Assembly (NCBI GenBank): GCA_964603585.1 | Contig: CAZRVK010000002.1 | Coordinates: 28,282-92,281, forward strand | DNA length: 64,000 nt | Direction of reading: 5' to 3' | Origin: an uncultured Planctomycetales bacterium | GTDB lineage: Bacteria > Omnitrophota > Gorgyraeia > Gygaellales > Profunditerraquicolaceae | In this document: positions 1-10,208 of the stretch, piece after piece | Layout of the letters: each line of letters begins with the position of its first letter | How positions within the stretch are numbered: position 1 is the stretch's first letter | Notes under the pieces: model-generated | Database searches by the model: none | Seen by the model: only the letters and a program-made list of their open reading frames with translations | Told to the model about the DNA's origin: nothing | Made by a program: the position numbers and the translations under genes

Positions 1-578
1 GCGCCCCAGGCAGATTGATTCTTTTTGCAATAATTCACTGTGGCCAATAAGGTTTTCAGGTTTAAAAGCGGTTCCCCGCCGTAAAAATCAACTACCAGAT
101 CTTTGTCATTTCCGCTTAATCCTACCAGCATATCTACAGCTTTAAAGGCGATTTGTTCGGACATTTGTCCGCAAGACTCATCTCGGGACTCCTGTGTACG
201 CTTTTGCTCCTGGAAATTGGTATTGGAGTATTTGCCATAATCGTTCCAGCAATACCGGCATCGAAGATTGCATTGTGAAGTCAAATTAAGTGTTAAATCG
301 GTAAGTGAACCGGCGATCCCTTCTTCGGGAAGTGAATCCCCGGGATCCGGCAAGGGGAAAAGTTCGGTTATTTCTGGCGGGATTTTCTCCTGATCTGCCA
401 GATTTCTGGCTTGTTCCCGGGATAATTGTTCGGCGGTTTGGCGTAATTTAACATCCCAGTTCTTTAACGCAGAGTAGGTTTCAGAGGATAAATCATAAAA
501 ATCTCCGGTTACTGTGGAAACACCGAGATAACGCCCTAATTTCTCGAAAAGATAAAGCGGGGATTTAGAATTATCCAT
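1..578 (-). CDS. Radical SAM protein, probably SPASM/anSME-like peptide- or protein-modifying type. N-terminal ~190 aa only; the 3' end lies outside the window.
   Basis: I translated the minus strand from the ATG at 578. It gives MDNSKSPLYLFEKLGRYLG...LNLTSQCNLRCRYCW (a CxxxCxxC motif at residues 103-110) and ...VVDFYGGEPLL (the GGE SAM-binding motif). An unusual ~95-aa extension precedes the Cys triad. There is no obvious SD sequence. Confidence 0.6.
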   Translation of the reverse strand, partial: MDNSKSPLYLFEKLGRYLGVSTVTGDFYDLSSETYSALKNWDVKLRQTAEQLSREQARNLADQEKIPPEITELFPLPDPGDSLPEEGIAGSLTDLTLNLTSQCNLRCRYCWNDYGKYSNTNFQEQKRTQESRDESCGQMSEQIAFKAVDMLVGLSGNDKDLVVDFYGGEPLLNLKTLLATVNYCKKNQSAWG

Positions 579-584
579 TTGCGG

Positions 585-622
585 TTAAAAAATTACCGGC
601 ACGAATGATCTTGAGTGCCGGT
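585..622 (-). terminator. Rho-independent terminator-like hairpin on the minus strand. It has an 8-bp GC-rich stem (ACCGGCAC/GTGCCGGT), a 12-nt loop and a TTTTTT run.
   Basis: Perfect inverted repeat at 595-602 / 615-622. On the minus strand it is followed by AATTTTTTAA (585-594). It lies between a 27-aa micro-ORF and the radical SAM start. Confidence 0.4.
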
Positions 623-651
623 AATAAGTAATTTAAACAACTTTCTGGTTT

Positions 652-735
652 TTACCAAAGGACCCTGCCGGAACGGCAATAACGAGAAAGCTTCTTCTTG
701 GATTTGGTATCCTTATTGATCTTCTTGGCTTTCAT
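652..735 (-). CDS. Micro-ORF of 27 aa (MKAKKINKDTKSKKKLSRYCRSGRVLW). Lys-rich small peptide of unknown role.
   Basis: Not in the ORF track (<60 aa). Strong SD (GGAGGGG) 4 nt upstream of the ATG. It sits directly upstream of the terminator hairpin and the radical SAM/SPASM-like gene. It could be a precursor-like peptide, or spurious. Confidence 0.3.
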   Translation of the reverse strand: MKAKKINKDTKSKKKLSRYCRSGRVLW

Positions 736-802
736 AACCCCTCCTTTATTGTCTTTATTTAATTTTACCAGACCAAAAAACAAATGTCAAGGATAATACC
801 GT

Positions 803-2647
803 TTAGGTTTTTTCCTTGAACCGTGTGCGTGAATTTTTAAGCGCAAATAAACCAAGGCACAGACAAATAAACAAGATCATCCCTGAAAAACCCCAAACAA
901 AAGAAGAAGGCAGATAATAAAGAACGATCTTTGTATCGGCGGGGAGAACCCTGACCCCGATCAAACCATGATAACTGAACACCTTCTTCCCGAAAGAATG
1001 CCATCCGGGGAAATAATTCTGATTAACCACCAAAATATCCTCTCGCGCGGCATTTAGATCCAATACAAGCAAATTAGGGGAAAAAATCCTGCAGCCAACC
1101 TGGCCGCTATCTCCGACCAAGTAGTATTCACCCTTATACCCGTTTTCCTGGCGGGGAATGACCTTGCTTTCGATTTGATTGCCGATGCTATCATAGCCGG
1201 ATACTACCCCTTCATTTGCCCGGATGGAATCAAACATGTTTGCATGGTTGCCACGGGTCTGGGAAAAATCATTTTGCGGGCAAACAACCTCCGTCCGGTA
1301 ATTTATCGGCCTGGCATCTATTTTAAAGATCTTATCTGCCGGCAAAAATACGCCGCCTACGACCAGGATCAAGATCCCTGTATACAGAACAACCGCACCT
1401 TGGCGCGAAAGCCTAAGTTTTCTGAATAAATCCTGAACCACCAACCCTAAGATCACCGACCAACAAATCACGAATGGGGCAAAGAACATCTGCGGTTCAC
1501 GGTATGAGCTAAAGAAAAAATGCAATATTCGCCAAAGATTAACCGGGCTATTATCTCCTAAGGCCAGGAAAAAAGATATAATCCCGATTATTAAAATAGA
1601 CAACCTTTCTTTACGCAGTAAAAAAGGGGCTGCCATCAATGCTAAAATTGTGATGAAGGGGAAATTATACCCAAGCATATGTTCATGAGAAAAGAAAACA
1701 TCCACATATAAGTTGTGGCGGGAAAAAAAGAAATGCCCCGATTCCCGTAGAAACGAACTGAATACCTCGGGACTAAGAAAAACCGGCATAGCCGGCAATT
1801 GGATATGGCGCGGTAAAAGCCGCATCAGTTCATACAAAGGTAAAAGCTTAGGCCCGGCAAGAATCAGACAAACACACAACGCCTTTATAAAAAGGATAAC
1901 CGCCCTGTATTTCTTTTCTAAGATAAATCCCCAAAGAGATTCAATGCCTAAAACCATCGTGATTATGATGAAGGCATATACCGAACCGGAATAGACGCAA
2001 TGAGCCAATAAAAACGGTATTGGCCAAAAATAAACTACTTTTTCTTTGGCCTTTTTGAAAAACCAGAGCACCCAGGGTAAAAATGAGATATTTAAGAATG
2101 TAAAGCTCCCAACATAGGCAATGATATTGAATATATTCAACACAAATACCGCACTCAATAAACTAAATGGCCGGCCGGCCCCATAAAGGCGTGATAAGGC
2201 ATATACCCCCAGCATGGCTATAAAGGCCTGTACAAGGTATACAGATATCACTCCTAGGATTGAACCTAAAAAAATAACCGGCAGAAAGAAAAAAGACAGG
2301 AAATCGGACTCTGGATGCGCTAACCACGGCAGGCCGCCACCAATATACGGGTTCCAAAAAGGTAATTGGCAATACTCCAAGACAGCCTTACGCGATAGCT
2401 CATGATAGGTAAAAACCTTGTCCCAATCGGCACGATTAATTGGATGAAAATGACCAAATACTGTAAAAAACCACGCCGCACATACAATACAGAGACAAAG
2501 AACAAAAAAACGGTCATGATCGAATTTCTTCCGTACCAGAAATATTATCTCGTTTAGGCCCTTCATGGATTGCTCTCCAGAGACATGATTACTAACCGGT
2601 ATTTTTGCCTTCGCGCATGAATTCCAGCAATAGGACAATCGCGCCAT
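803..2647 (-). CDS. YfhO-family polytopic membrane protein (GT-C-fold glycosyltransferase-like).
   Basis: More than 10 hydrophobic helices. The C-terminal soluble domain contains NQNYFPGWHSFGKKV...GVRVLPADTKIVLYYLP, resembling the YfhO C-terminal signature. The true start is probably the internal M (MKGLNEII, about 2566), which would avoid overlap with the upstream radical SAM gene. Confidence 0.55.
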   Translation of the reverse strand: MARLSYCWNSCAKAKIPVSNHVSGEQSMKGLNEIIFLVRKKFDHDRFFVLCLCIVCAAWFFTVFGHFHPINRADWDKVFTYHELSRKAVLEYCQLPFWNPYIGGGLPWLAHPESDFLSFFFLPVIFLGSILGVISVYLVQAFIAMLGVYALSRLYGAGRPFSLLSAVFVLNIFNIIAYVGSFTFLNISFLPWVLWFFKKAKEKVVYFWPIPFLLAHCVYSGSVYAFIIITMVLGIESLWGFILEKKYRAVILFIKALCVCLILAGPKLLPLYELMRLLPRHIQLPAMPVFLSPEVFSSFLRESGHFFFSRHNLYVDVFFSHEHMLGYNFPFITILALMAAPFLLRKERLSILIIGIISFFLALGDNSPVNLWRILHFFFSSYREPQMFFAPFVICWSVILGLVVQDLFRKLRLSRQGAVVLYTGILILVVGGVFLPADKIFKIDARPINYRTEVVCPQNDFSQTRGNHANMFDSIRANEGVVSGYDSIGNQIESKVIPRQENGYKGEYYLVGDSGQVGCRIFSPNLLVLDLNAAREDILVVNQNYFPGWHSFGKKVFSYHGLIGVRVLPADTKIVLYYLPSSFVWGFSGMILFICLCLGLFALKNSRTRFKEKT

Positions 2648-4082
2648 GAACTTTGTTAAAAAGCTCTCTAAAGCTCCTGGTCCGCAATAAACTTCTTAAG
2701 ATAAAACCCGGACGCAGGTAAAATAAACGGTATCCGGCATTTACCAATAAAGACAATTCTTTTTCACTGAATAGGTCTGTGCAGATCTGGGGGATATACT
2801 GTTTCTGATACCCAAGCGGGTCTTTTGCGAACTTAAGCCAGAAATCTTCTTTGATCAAACCATTAGCCAAACAATCGCTGTAGAGTTTCGTTTTAGGATA
2901 TGCGGTCAAGAACCCGAATTGCACATAATCCAGATCCAACTCCCGGGCAAATTTAAAGGTATTGTAAATATGCTCCCTGCCCTCTCCCGGAAAACCAATG
3001 ATAAAGCTGCCTACGGCCAGGATCTTGTTTTTCTTGGTCAAAGCGACTGCATTACGGATATCTGCGACACAAACCTCTTTATTTATCTTCTTTAAGAATT
3101 GATCGCTTCCGGTCTCCAAGCCATAATGTATGCGCTCACAACCCGATTTTTTTGCAATACCCAGTAGTTCATCGGTTATCATATTTACCCGGGCACGAAA
3201 ACTCCAGGTAATGGGAAGCCGAGCCTTTAATATCGCAGCAGAGATATCTATCACGCGCTGTGTATTCAGATTAAATAGATCGTCATAAAAAAAGATTTCC
3301 CGTATCCCCAAAGCCGTTATTTGCTGTAACTCCTGTAAAATGTTGCCTGTGCTTCGCGTACGATAAGTCTTTTGGGGAGAATAACAGAATATACATTGGT
3401 ATGGGCATCCCCGACTGGAAATTATAGTCGCGACCACATTTTGGCTGCCCAGGGCACAGCGATATGCATAATTATCGATCATCGAACGGTCAATGACCGG
3501 CAAAGAATCCAGGTCATCAATATACCCCCGGTTTTCATTTATATATACGCTGCCTTTATCCCGGAAACCTATCCCTTTTATTTTATCCAACGCCTTATTC
3601 TCAACCAGATTATTCACCAGCTCAAAGAATGATTGCTCACCTTCCCCTCTAATAATGAAATCTACCGAGGGTTCTTCAAGCACTTGGTGCGGATAACAAT
3701 CGACGTGATGCCCGCCGAGCACGATAACCGCATGGGGATTGACGCTCTTAACCAGCCTGGATGTCAAAACAACATCGATCATTGCCGGAGTAAAAGTGGT
3801 GATTCCGACGATATCAGGCATAAAGGCAATGATCTTCTGCTCCAGTTGGGCATATGTAAGCTTATGGACCGCAGAATCGATAACTTTGACCTCTATCTCG
3901 CCGGGAAAGTTGGTTTTTAGATAGGCGGCAATAGATAATAGGCCTAACGGAGGATACTCCCCGATGGATGCGGTGATCGCCCGGGTTTTCTCCATCCTGA
4001 ACGTATTTTGGCGGGGCGGATTTATCAATAAAACCCTGTTCGCGCCAAGCCCTTTTTTCGGGACAGTCAAATCTTCGCTCAA
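2592..4082 (-). CDS. B12-binding (class B) radical SAM enzyme.
   Basis: N-terminal cobalamin-binding Rossmann-like domain (VLLINPP...PPLGLLSIAAYL...IVLGGHH...IIRGEGE). Followed by SSRGCPYQCIFC (CxxxCxxC). Confidence 0.85.
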   Translation of the reverse strand: MSEDLTVPKKGLGANRVLLINPPRQNTFRMEKTRAITASIGEYPPLGLLSIAAYLKTNFPGEIEVKVIDSAVHKLTYAQLEQKIIAFMPDIVGITTFTPAMIDVVLTSRLVKSVNPHAVIVLGGHHVDCYPHQVLEEPSVDFIIRGEGEQSFFELVNNLVENKALDKIKGIGFRDKGSVYINENRGYIDDLDSLPVIDRSMIDNYAYRCALGSQNVVATIISSRGCPYQCIFCYSPQKTYRTRSTGNILQELQQITALGIREIFFYDDLFNLNTQRVIDISAAILKARLPITWSFRARVNMITDELLGIAKKSGCERIHYGLETGSDQFLKKINKEVCVADIRNAVALTKKNKILAVGSFIIGFPGEGREHIYNTFKFARELDLDYVQFGFLTAYPKTKLYSDCLANGLIKEDFWLKFAKDPLGYQKQYIPQICTDLFSEKELSLLVNAGYRLFYLRPGFILRSLLRTRSFRELFNKVHGAIVLLLEFMREGKNTG

Positions 4083-4086
4083 CGGT

Positions 4087-5787
4087 TTAACCTTTCTTGA
4101 CTATAAAATAAGTGTTGATACCGCCCGATATTATATTCTCGATTTTAACCTGGATCGATGAGGCGCGGCAGAAATCCAGGAATTCAGCCAAAGATAATTC
4201 GTTGTGGGAATATCTCTGTGCACTGAAAATATAGTGATCATGCAGATCATCTTTGATGATTTTCTCTAATATTTCCCGTTTTCTTGCCCCATCCGCAGAA
4301 TAAAAAACCTGGGTGTAATGGATCGGCCGGATCTCGCCTCTTGACAAATACTCGGTTGACCCAATAAAAGCGTATTCAAAAGTAACCGGCTCGCGAATAT
4401 TTCTTTCTCTAAGATACCGGACTAATTCCTGATCCATATCCCCGGGAAAAGAAAATAAATATGGCCGGGCGACTCCAACAGTAACAATTGCGGCATTAAC
4501 AATAACACAGCTGAAGACTACGGTATAAATAATGCGTCTTACCGCAGGTATCGGATAATTATAGGATAATCGGCATAAAACGGCTGCGGATGCTATGAAT
4601 AAAAACGGCAATAAATTGATATAATAGCTTTCATTCCCCGGATAGCTTATTAATGTAATCAGCGCAAGCATTGCGGCCGGAAGGAACAGGAAAAATTTGA
4701 TCTTTTTAAAAGAATGATCTTTTATCCTCATATCTTTGTAGAAAAAAATAAAGATGAGAGCCGTAAAAAGCATAATAAAGGGTTCACTGCTATAAGCCCC
4801 AAGGGCAAAAGAGGTCATAAATCCCAGGTTTTTAGGGATCTTCGCAATAATTTCAGGTAATACTTTAATAAGAGAAGCGTCTGTCGAAGCCCCATCAAGA
4901 AAACGGTTAACCAGGAATAAAACACCCCCGCCAGATCCATCAATGTTATATAAAATCACGGGCAATGCACCCAGCACCAGGAACAATCCCGCAAATAAAA
5001 GCGGCACGGATTTTAATCTAACAGGGATCTTCATGATCAATAAAATCAATACCCAAGCAGAGAGCATAAAGATAACGGTCAGTTTAATATATAACGAAAC
5101 TCCTATGATAAAGAAAAGGAAGAACAATGCCGGCAAACTGCCCTCTTTTTGCCTATACTTATAAGCCAGTAAAAGAATGCCGATTTGCGCCAGCATGATG
5201 TAATTATCGCAAAAGCGTAAATTATTTATATTGCTCAAGAATGGCAGGGATGTCGCCAACAGAAGCACAGAGAGATTCGCTTCATCCAGGCCAAAGACAT
5301 GCCTTGATAATAACCAGGTAGCAACAAGGATCAACAGCCCAACCAGGTATGCATGGACCCTAAGAAAATCAAGATTATACATATCCCTGAACAAAAGCCC
5401 ATGAACATAAAAAGAGAGGTTGCCGCTTCCTCCATTTTTCATGATCGGCAGCCGCAGAGACGGGAATTGCCAAAGATAAGAAACAAAATTCGAATTACAC
5501 ACCGCTGTTTTTAGATTGCCGATCTGTCTTATACTTGCCGAGGAATATTTATCGGGGATGTCTTTATCAAAGATAGCATACCGGGGCTTATCATCTTCTG
5601 CAAACCCGGAAACTATCCTCGGGGAAACCGTCAAAAAAGGAGCTACCTCTTCGCTTATGAAATTATTATGAAAATGAAAATAGATCAGGCAACAAAGTGC
5701 CGCATATAATAAAAGTACCCCGGATAAAAAATACTTGCTTCTAAAAAAGATCCCAAAGGATACAATAGACAAATGAGGTATTTTCAT
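4087..5787 (-). CDS. Large polytopic membrane protein with a cytoplasmic or periplasmic C-terminal domain. Possible GT-C-like glycosyltransferase.
   Basis: About 12 predicted TM helices and a Gly-rich loop (NIDGSGGGV). Its stop/start is coupled to the neighbouring genes. No firm family motif recognised. Confidence 0.4.
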   Translation of the reverse strand: MKIPHLSIVSFGIFFRSKYFLSGVLLLYAALCCLIYFHFHNNFISEEVAPFLTVSPRIVSGFAEDDKPRYAIFDKDIPDKYSSASIRQIGNLKTAVCNSNFVSYLWQFPSLRLPIMKNGGSGNLSFYVHGLLFRDMYNLDFLRVHAYLVGLLILVATWLLSRHVFGLDEANLSVLLLATSLPFLSNINNLRFCDNYIMLAQIGILLLAYKYRQKEGSLPALFFLFFIIGVSLYIKLTVIFMLSAWVLILLIMKIPVRLKSVPLLFAGLFLVLGALPVILYNIDGSGGGVLFLVNRFLDGASTDASLIKVLPEIIAKIPKNLGFMTSFALGAYSSEPFIMLFTALIFIFFYKDMRIKDHSFKKIKFFLFLPAAMLALITLISYPGNESYYINLLPFLFIASAAVLCRLSYNYPIPAVRRIIYTVVFSCVIVNAAIVTVGVARPYLFSFPGDMDQELVRYLRERNIREPVTFEYAFIGSTEYLSRGEIRPIHYTQVFYSADGARKREILEKIIKDDLHDHYIFSAQRYSHNELSLAEFLDFCRASSIQVKIENIISGGINTYFIVKKG

Positions 5788-7325
5788 TTTCGTTGGCTGA
5801 ATGTAAGATGTTTTAAATAATATAATTCCAAACCGCTAAAGGATGTCTCTTTTAAAATAAGTTCCTGGCGGGACAAGTATTCATGCAATGGCTCTGAAAC
5901 CGGGACTACCCCTTCCTGCCAGGAGCCGCAAATCAGCCAGATCCCCTTTATTTTTACTGGTAATTTTGCCAGGTCTGTAATACCGATATGCGAAGTTCGC
6001 GTTATGGCATATAAGGCCTTATCCTGTCCGGAGTAACTTTCCTGGCTATCTACCAAAAAAATGTTTTTATGTAACGGCTCTGGCAGATAATAAAAAATGG
6101 GATAAATCAGGCTTGTATGGCTAACTGCGATAATATCACCCGGACGGTATAGCGTCTTAATAACCGCCGCCAATCCGGCAACCGGCTTTTTAACCACTAC
6201 CCCCACAGACGCAGAGAATTTTTCCTCCAAATAGTAGTTTTTAAGCGAAACGGCGGAAAAAACTGCCAGGATCAGGCAAAAAATAACAAAAACGGCCCTG
6301 TATTTCCTTAAAGATTCCATGCCGTATGCCAAGAGCATGTAGAAAAATACCGAAACTGTAATAAGTGTCCTGCTCATATACACCGGCCGCAACAGCAGCG
6401 AAACAATAAGAGTAAGCAGGCATGGGATCAGAATACAGCAAAATAACCATTTTCCCGCGGCTCGCGCATTATCACGGACAATATTTATAATACTAAACAC
6501 AAGGATCGCGGCGATAAATACCCCCTGGGATAGAGACAAGCCCCGCGTATAATACCCAAAAATAAAATCCTTAAAAACGACAAAAATATCTTTGATCGTT
6601 ATTCCGGGAGACCAAAAATATTCCTGCACGCGGGCAAAATGGTCGAAAAATACTCTACCCCATGGCAAAAATAATATTACAAGAATAAAGTTTGAGATCG
6701 CCCAGGATCTTAACAGTCCTACGGATCTATTTTTCCACAGGATATACAGTACCGCGCAATTTAATCCGGCTAAGAAAAAAAATGATGCGTATTGACAGTA
6801 TAAAGAAAGGGCTCCGGAAACGACATACCCGGCCAGATTTACTTTTTTCCCGGTATGCACCAGGCGAATGGCAAAATACGCGCTAAAAAGCGACAACATA
6901 AGATATAACGAATACATCTTTACTTCTTGCGCATAATAAATTTGAAACCCTGAAATGCTCATAAAAAGCGAGGTCCAAAGAGCAATCCTGCGGCCGCAAA
7001 GATCAACGGCAATTTTATAAGCCAGTAATATAGAGCATAGGCTAAAGATCACCGAGGGGAAACGTACTACCCACTCCGCTTGCCCAAGACCGGACCAGAA
7101 ATGCATAATCAACCTGAATAAGGGGGGATGCACCCCTTCGGCAGCACCACCCAACAAATCCGGGATATCCTTCCTGGATTCAAGCAATAAGAATGCTTCA
7201 TCAAACCAAAGGGATTTTGATCCTAACATGAAGATCCTTAAAGATATAGCCGCTAAAATAATGGCTATGAAATAAGAATTCCCCCTGAATATCCTGGCAG
7301 ATTTATCAATTAAGGTGTTTATCAT
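5784..7325 (-). CDS. GT39/GT83 (ArnT/PMT-like) GT-C-family glycosyltransferase.
   Basis: N-terminal TM helix followed by a first loop carrying SLWFDEAFLL (the DE(A) catalytic-loop motif of ArnT/PMT-type polyprenyl-phosphate-sugar transferases). Then about 11 TM helices and a C-terminal soluble domain. Confidence 0.6.
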   Translation of the reverse strand: MINTLIDKSARIFRGNSYFIAIILAAISLRIFMLGSKSLWFDEAFLLLESRKDIPDLLGGAAEGVHPPLFRLIMHFWSGLGQAEWVVRFPSVIFSLCSILLAYKIAVDLCGRRIALWTSLFMSISGFQIYYAQEVKMYSLYLMLSLFSAYFAIRLVHTGKKVNLAGYVVSGALSLYCQYASFFFLAGLNCAVLYILWKNRSVGLLRSWAISNFILVILFLPWGRVFFDHFARVQEYFWSPGITIKDIFVVFKDFIFGYYTRGLSLSQGVFIAAILVFSIINIVRDNARAAGKWLFCCILIPCLLTLIVSLLLRPVYMSRTLITVSVFFYMLLAYGMESLRKYRAVFVIFCLILAVFSAVSLKNYYLEEKFSASVGVVVKKPVAGLAAVIKTLYRPGDIIAVSHTSLIYPIFYYLPEPLHKNIFLVDSQESYSGQDKALYAITRTSHIGITDLAKLPVKIKGIWLICGSWQEGVVPVSEPLHEYLSRQELILKETSFSGLELYYLKHLTFSQRK

Positions 7326-8745
7326 GTTTTTTCCACAATCTTATCCTCGGCAGGAGCATATTCATCCCCGATCTTATATAATGTAAAAATTGCTTAAAAG
7401 ACTTTATTTTAAAAACTAACCGTACTATTTGTGATAGCCTTAGATAGAAGCCGCGATTAGCCAAAGAAACATATTTGCCGATCACATCCGGGGCAAAAAC
7501 TACTCCTGCGGCCTGCGGCGGAGTTGTCCAATCCTGTTCCTCAATAAACCTGCGCCAATAGTCATCTCCTCCGGAGCGCAAAAATGAATGGTAAAGCTCG
7601 GAATCGGGAAGCATCGTAAACTGGGTAAAGTGGACGAAATCAAGCCCCAACTGCCTGGATAATTCAATATCCTTTAAAATGTCTCCCCGGCCCTGGCCGG
7701 GTAAACCCAGCATAAAGAAACCAAATGCCATTATCCCGGCATTTCTGGTAAACCTGATGACCTCTTTGGTGCGTTCAAAAGAAACCCGGGGCCTGCCTAA
7801 CTGCTCAAGGCAAGGAGAATTAAATGATTCTATTCCATACATGACCATTTTGCAACCACTACCATACATAACTTTAAGCAAATCATTATCGATACAACTA
7901 AGATGCGTCCTTATCCGCCAGGATATATCCAGGCCTTTTTCCTTTATCCCTGCACACAGCCGATAAACCCGCTGTTTATCCGCAGTAAAAATCGAATCGT
8001 AAAAGTCTATCTCCCGGACCCCGAATTCATGATAACACTGGCTGATCTCATCCAGGATATCGTCAGCACTCCTTAAGAATAAATCTCCGGGCAAAGAACA
8101 ATAGCGGCATTTGAACAAACAACCTTGGGATCCGACAATCGAGGTGAAATTCTTTCTTTCCAAAAGTGGCGAATAGTATAATTTATTATTCAGTAACCTT
8201 CTCTCCGGAAAAGGAAGCCGGCTTATATTGGATGAATCTATCGCCGCAGAATTTACGATAATATCGCCATCCCTGCGAAAACACAAGCCGGGGATCTTAT
8301 CAAGCCGGGATTTATCCATAAATGAATCCAGAAAATCCGGAAGCGTCCCTACAGCGTTGCCAATAACCCCATAATCGATCGCCTGATGCTGCATTACCTG
8401 TTTAGGATACAGCTTCATCATAGAGCCGCCCACAATGACAGGTATATCCTGATATTTCTTGATCGCCGTTATCCATTCGAGTACACCGTAAAAAGTAGGG
8501 ATGGTTAGAGTAAAAGCGGTCGCATCGGCTCCGAATTCTTTTATCCTTTCGACTATTTGCTTAAGTTTCCAATTAAGGATATTTGCATCGATAATTACAG
8601 CTTGATGCCCGGAATTATTTATAAGCGCCGCCACATAAGCCAAACTAAGCGGAGGATATCCACTCATATTCTCAAGATAACCTTGCGGCCTGAAAGTACT
8701 GTCGTAATATTGAGTGATCCTGGGATATATTAGAGCTATTCTCAT
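7306..8745 (-). CDS. B12-binding (class B) radical SAM enzyme.
   Basis: IALIYPR...PPLSLAYVAAL...VIVGG (B12 domain). GSQGCLFKCRYC (CxxxCxxC). Confidence 0.85.
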   Translation of the reverse strand: MRIALIYPRITQYYDSTFRPQGYLENMSGYPPLSLAYVAALINNSGHQAVIIDANILNWKLKQIVERIKEFGADATAFTLTIPTFYGVLEWITAIKKYQDIPVIVGGSMMKLYPKQVMQHQAIDYGVIGNAVGTLPDFLDSFMDKSRLDKIPGLCFRRDGDIIVNSAAIDSSNISRLPFPERRLLNNKLYYSPLLERKNFTSIVGSQGCLFKCRYCSLPGDLFLRSADDILDEISQCYHEFGVREIDFYDSIFTADKQRVYRLCAGIKEKGLDISWRIRTHLSCIDNDLLKVMYGSGCKMVMYGIESFNSPCLEQLGRPRVSFERTKEVIRFTRNAGIMAFGFFMLGLPGQGRGDILKDIELSRQLGLDFVHFTQFTMLPDSELYHSFLRSGGDDYWRRFIEEQDWTTPPQAAGVVFAPDVIGKYVSLANRGFYLRLSQIVRLVFKIKSFKQFLHYIRSGMNMLLPRIRLWKKHDKHLN

Positions 8746-8749
8746 TTTC

Positions 8750-10180
8750 TTAGACCTGCTTACCCTTATATGCCAAGGTTAAGGTCATATTCCTAATGAT
8801 AATAAAGAGGTTGCGTGCATAATAGAAATAGTGGCCTGAAAATAAAACTTTCCGGAATAATCGCATGATCACCGAAGGGCGCAGATAAAAAGCACAATAC
8901 GCCTTAAAAACCAACGATTTTATTTTCTTATAAGAAAACCCCTTCGGGAGATATAGTATTTCCTCTATATTTTTAGAAGTAAAATTCTCCCACTCATGAA
9001 ATATCTTTCCCCCTTCCCGCACCTTAAGATCCATAAGCCCTGTTGCCGGGAATACAATCGGGGCGCTGAAAGATGCCATATCGATATATTCTCTGGCTAA
9101 TGCAAGCGTCTCTTCTGCCGTCTGATCAGTTTCTCCCGGGGCACCGATCAGGAAATTGCCAAAAGAAATTATCCCCTGCCTGCGGGTAGCCTTAAGATTC
9201 CTTAAACTGATATCCAAGGATGATTTTTTATTTAAACGGTCTAAAACCTGCTGTGACCCTGATTCGACGCCATAAAAAATCAGTTCGCACCCGGATTTTT
9301 TCATTAACTTCAAGGTTGTTTCATTTGCAAGGTCAGGCCTGGTAACACAAAACCATTTTATCCCCAAACCTCTATCCAAAAGCTCTTGGCAAAACAGTCG
9401 GCTCCAATTATCATCAGAAGTAAATATAGCATCCAGGAAATGGAACCTCTTTACTCCATATTTATTTTTGAGAACGCTGATTTCTTCAATTACGTTTGCG
9501 ACAGACCGCCTCCTAAGCTGATCCCTCCAGACAGAATTATTGCAAAATAAACACTTATAAAAACACCCGCGGGAACTAAGAATAGGCAAAATCAGTTCAC
9601 CAGGTACAGCGCTTGAGAACAAAACATGATGCAGTGCTACCTGATAATTATTTACATTAATAAAACTGTAATCGGCAAAACCCAGTTTATCGATATCCTC
9701 AACCAGTGAGGGCAAAGGGGTAGAGATTATTTTGCCCTGGGATTTGAACATTATGCCTTTTACATCCTCCAAAGGAGAATGATTCTTGACAGCAAAACAT
9801 AAGTTTACGAAAATACTCTCCCCTTCGCCTATAACTACGCAATCGCAACAGGGTGCATCCAGGCATCTGGCGGGGGCATTCGTCGGATAAACCCCTCCCA
9901 AGACTGTAAATATGCCCGAAGAGACCTTTTTAACCTGCTCGATAACACAAAGGGCATCTTTGTGCGTAAAAGCCATGGAAGTCACCCCGACTATATCCGG
10001 CTGAAAATCTACTATGCGTTCTTTAATCTGTCCTAAACTGTATTCGCATGCATTAGCATCGATTAAAGATATCTCCTTGAAACCATTGGATTTAAGTGAA
10101 GCCCCAATATAAAGCAGCCCGAGTGGAGGGTATTTATAGCTAAAGATACTGCTTCTGGGATTGACCAGCATTATACGCAT
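8750..10180 (-). CDS. B12-binding (class B) radical SAM enzyme.
   Basis: IMLVNPR...PPLGLLYIGASL...VIGEGE (B12 domain). SSRGCFYKCLFC (CxxxCxxC). Confidence 0.85.
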   Translation of the reverse strand: MRIMLVNPRSSIFSYKYPPLGLLYIGASLKSNGFKEISLIDANACEYSLGQIKERIVDFQPDIVGVTSMAFTHKDALCVIEQVKKVSSGIFTVLGGVYPTNAPARCLDAPCCDCVVIGEGESIFVNLCFAVKNHSPLEDVKGIMFKSQGKIISTPLPSLVEDIDKLGFADYSFINVNNYQVALHHVLFSSAVPGELILPILSSRGCFYKCLFCNNSVWRDQLRRRSVANVIEEISVLKNKYGVKRFHFLDAIFTSDDNWSRLFCQELLDRGLGIKWFCVTRPDLANETTLKLMKKSGCELIFYGVESGSQQVLDRLNKKSSLDISLRNLKATRRQGIISFGNFLIGAPGETDQTAEETLALAREYIDMASFSAPIVFPATGLMDLKVREGGKIFHEWENFTSKNIEEILYLPKGFSYKKIKSLVFKAYCAFYLRPSVIMRLFRKVLFSGHYFYYARNLFIIIRNMTLTLAYKGKQV

Positions 10181-10208
10181 AACTGCCTTCTTTTTTATGA
10201 GCTTAAAG

